From: a virus
Taxonomy: Duplodnaviria > Caudoviricetes
Length of the DNA stretch: 57,738 nucleotides
IMG/VR virus record: IMGVR_UViG_3300008116_008172
Span: 1-57,738 of that record
Strand: one strand, 5' to 3'
Position numbers and translations under genes: made by a program
The notes under the pieces: model-generated
Told to the model about the DNA's origin: nothing
What the model saw: the letters and a program-made list of their open reading frames with translations, nothing else
Database searches by the model: none
In this document: in pieces, positions 55,724-57,738 of the stretch
How the letters are laid out: every line of letters begins with the position of its first letter
Numbering within the stretch: position 1 is the stretch's first letter

Positions 55724-56580
55724 AAACCATAAACATAGTAAAGTTTATATTCTTTACGGCAGTTCTAGGACTGCTTTCAAATACATTGGCTCAAACACCG
55801 GGAGCCTTGGGTGCCATCGCAGGAAACTCGTCTGGAAACCAAATATATGTAAATCAAATAACAACGGGTGGTGATACCACGTTCATTCAAAATGGCGCAT
55901 CAAACAGAATTGGATCTTTTGCTCTTCCAAGTAACATAACTGGAGACAATATCTTTTTCGAAATGCGCCAAATTGGAGATGGAAATAGCACAGACTTTTC
56001 CATCATTGGAGCAAACAACCTAAAGCTATTGTCTGCGTTCGCTGGTGATAACAACGAACAAAGAATATACTTCAACGGTGCTAATAACAATATGAATTTT
56101 CGTTTCGATGGAAACGGGAATAAATTGTGGATAAGCAACGATGTAACAGTATATCGCGATGGTGGTGAAAATACCGCAGCAGACAAAGCCACATTGGCAT
56201 CATCGGATATGCAGATCAAATTTGCTGGAAATAGCAACACTTTTGCTTACGCCACCACAAATGGTCTGAACAATTATCTGAAATATGATGTCACTGGAAA
56301 TACCAATGTCATCAAAACCACTCAAATTGGAAGTGCTGGTACAGGCACACGCCAATCAGGTCATTATCAAGATTTGACTATTCTTGGTGGAGGCAATGAT
56401 GTTATGATATACCAACAAGGCACTGTTCAACAATATTTTCAATATAGTTTGACGGGTAGCAATAACATTGTTCGTGTATCACAAACTGCAACTGCCGCTC
56501 CTACATTCACAATTAACAATAATAATCAACTGGCTCCACAAGGACCAGCGAGTGGTACAACTACCATAAGCAATCCATAA
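55720..56580 (+). CDS. Curlin-repeat (CsgA/CsgB-like) secreted protein
   Basis: Signal peptide; N/G/Q-rich repeats QNGASN, QIGDGN, IIGANN, FAGDNN, FNGANN, FDGNGN, FAGNSN, VTGNTN, LGGGN, LTGSNN. Confidence 0.75.
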   Translation: MKTINIVKFIFFTAVLGLLSNTLAQTPGALGAIAGNSSGNQIYVNQITTGGDTTFIQNGASNRIGSFALPSNITGDNIFFEMRQIGDGNSTDFSIIGANNLKLLSAFAGDNNEQRIYFNGANNNMNFRFDGNGNKLWISNDVTVYRDGGENTAADKATLASSDMQIKFAGNSNTFAYATTNGLNNYLKYDVTGNTNVIKTTQIGSAGTGTRQSGHYQDLTILGGGNDVMIYQQGTVQQYFQYSLTGSNNIVRVSQTATAAPTFTINNNNQLAPQGPASGTTTISNP

Positions 56581-56583
56581 AGA

Positions 56584-57738
56584 ATGAACAAAATTGTTAC
56601 AGTCGCATTGATGTTCTTTTTATGGCATGATGTTTATGGTATTGCGGGTAAATTGACCGAGGTGACTGGCCCTACGCAGGTGAGTAGGGCCAGCACTAAA
56701 ATAGAAGGCAAGGTCAATGTTCCGATAGAAATGGATGATACCATTGAAACATTAAAAGCACGAGCGGGTATAACATTTGAAGATGGAACCCGAGTCCAGT
56801 GCACCGAATTTAGCAAATTGGTTATTGATACATTTGTATATGATCCAAGTACGGGAAAAGGAAAACTTGGAATGAAGGCAACAATGGGAACGGTGAGATA
56901 TGCATCTGGTCTTATTGCAAAAAATAACAAAGAAGAAGTCAGAGTTAAAACTCCTACTGCATCCATATCAGTTCGCGGTACAGACTTTTCAATGACAGTG
57001 GATGAGCTTGGAAGAAGCTTGGTAATTCTGTTACCATCCCAACCTCAATTTGGTCCACCTGTTGTTGGATCGATTGTGGTTGATAACGGAATGGGTACAG
57101 TTGTATTGACAAAACCATTTCAAGCAACATTTGTTGCATCAACATCGGTGGTACCATCATCGCCAGTATTATTGAATTTTGAAGATGAAACCAAAGTAAA
57201 TAACATGCTTATAATTGACACACCAAAGAATGTTACTCAAGCTGCCAAAGAAGCAAAGAAGGCATCTGTAACGGCGACTAAAGAAGATGATGGTAGCAAA
57301 GATAAGAAAGAAACAAAATCCGAAAGCAAATCAAGTAATACAACTATTGCACAGGCGGACAAACCAACCGAAGAAACTCAAGTGGCAACAAAAGAACCAG
57401 AACCAGTTCAAGCTGAAATTGTTACAAAACTTGACATAGAAAAAATTGATCCATCTGTTAATTCTTCTATTATGGATTCTATGTCCAAACAACCAAACGC
57501 CGCCAATACAAATTTATCAAACATACCTACTATATCCGTGCCATCTTCAACAGTAAATAATGGATTTACTACAAATGGAACACATGCCATTCTATATATA
57601 ACTAATAACAATAATGTAATATGGTATACTATGAAGTTTGACGCCAATGCAACTTTCAACATAACAACCAGAGATGGCAGTAAAGAATATCCGCTTAACT
57701 TTGGTTCAAAATTAAAAGTCAACATCACACAAAAATGA
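56584..57738 (+). CDS. Secreted FecR-domain protein
   Basis: Signal peptide; MDDTIET..ITFEDGT..GTVRYASG..KTPTASISVRGTDF; stop coincides with the window end. Confidence 0.82.
   Translation: MNKIVTVALMFFLWHDVYGIAGKLTEVTGPTQVSRASTKIEGKVNVPIEMDDTIETLKARAGITFEDGTRVQCTEFSKLVIDTFVYDPSTGKGKLGMKATMGTVRYASGLIAKNNKEEVRVKTPTASISVRGTDFSMTVDELGRSLVILLPSQPQFGPPVVGSIVVDNGMGTVVLTKPFQATFVASTSVVPSSPVLLNFEDETKVNNMLIIDTPKNVTQAAKEAKKASVTATKEDDGSKDKKETKSESKSSNTTIAQADKPTEETQVATKEPEPVQAEIVTKLDIEKIDPSVNSSIMDSMSKQPNAANTNLSNIPTISVPSSTVNNGFTTNGTHAILYITNNNNVIWYTMKFDANATFNITTRDGSKEYPLNFGSKLKVNITQK

Noticed and set aside
1-57738. Stop-codon reassignment
   Set aside because: Core genes are full length in the standard code and TAA, TGA and TAG all end genes; the observed breaks are frame changes, not in-frame stops

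Overview
AT-rich, gene-dense, almost entirely plus-strand segment of a large T4-like (myovirus/jumbo-type) phage genome in the standard genetic code. In order it holds: a block of probable head-packaged proteins sharing an 'MKKSELK..I.E.V.E' leader; a tail/baseplate module (tail tube, two gp26-like proteins, tape measure, baseplate proteins); a replication/recombination/nucleotide module (short family-A DNA polymerase, gp32-like SSB, RecA/UvsX, 5'-3' exonuclease, DnaB-like helicase, NrdB/NrdA); a MoxR-AAA/VWA pair with rIIA/rIIB; a glycan-modification cluster; family-B DNA polymerase with sliding clamp and clamp loader; dispersed RNA end-healing/ligation enzymes; and a curli-like operon (CsgF, CsgG, curlin-repeat protein, FecR-domain protein). 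Most notable are (i) an apparent leader plus hydrophobic-X-Glu cleavage-site grammar that strings small basic Cys-containing modules and enzyme domains into putative capsid-cargo polyproteins, (ii) the phage-encoded curli-type secretion cassette, (iii) a glycosylation island next to a Pro/Thr-rich protein, and (iv) frame-breaking lesions in the tape measure and helicase genes, and possibly a gp26 paralog, that may be assembly artefacts. All product calls come from visual motif recognition; no database searches were run.
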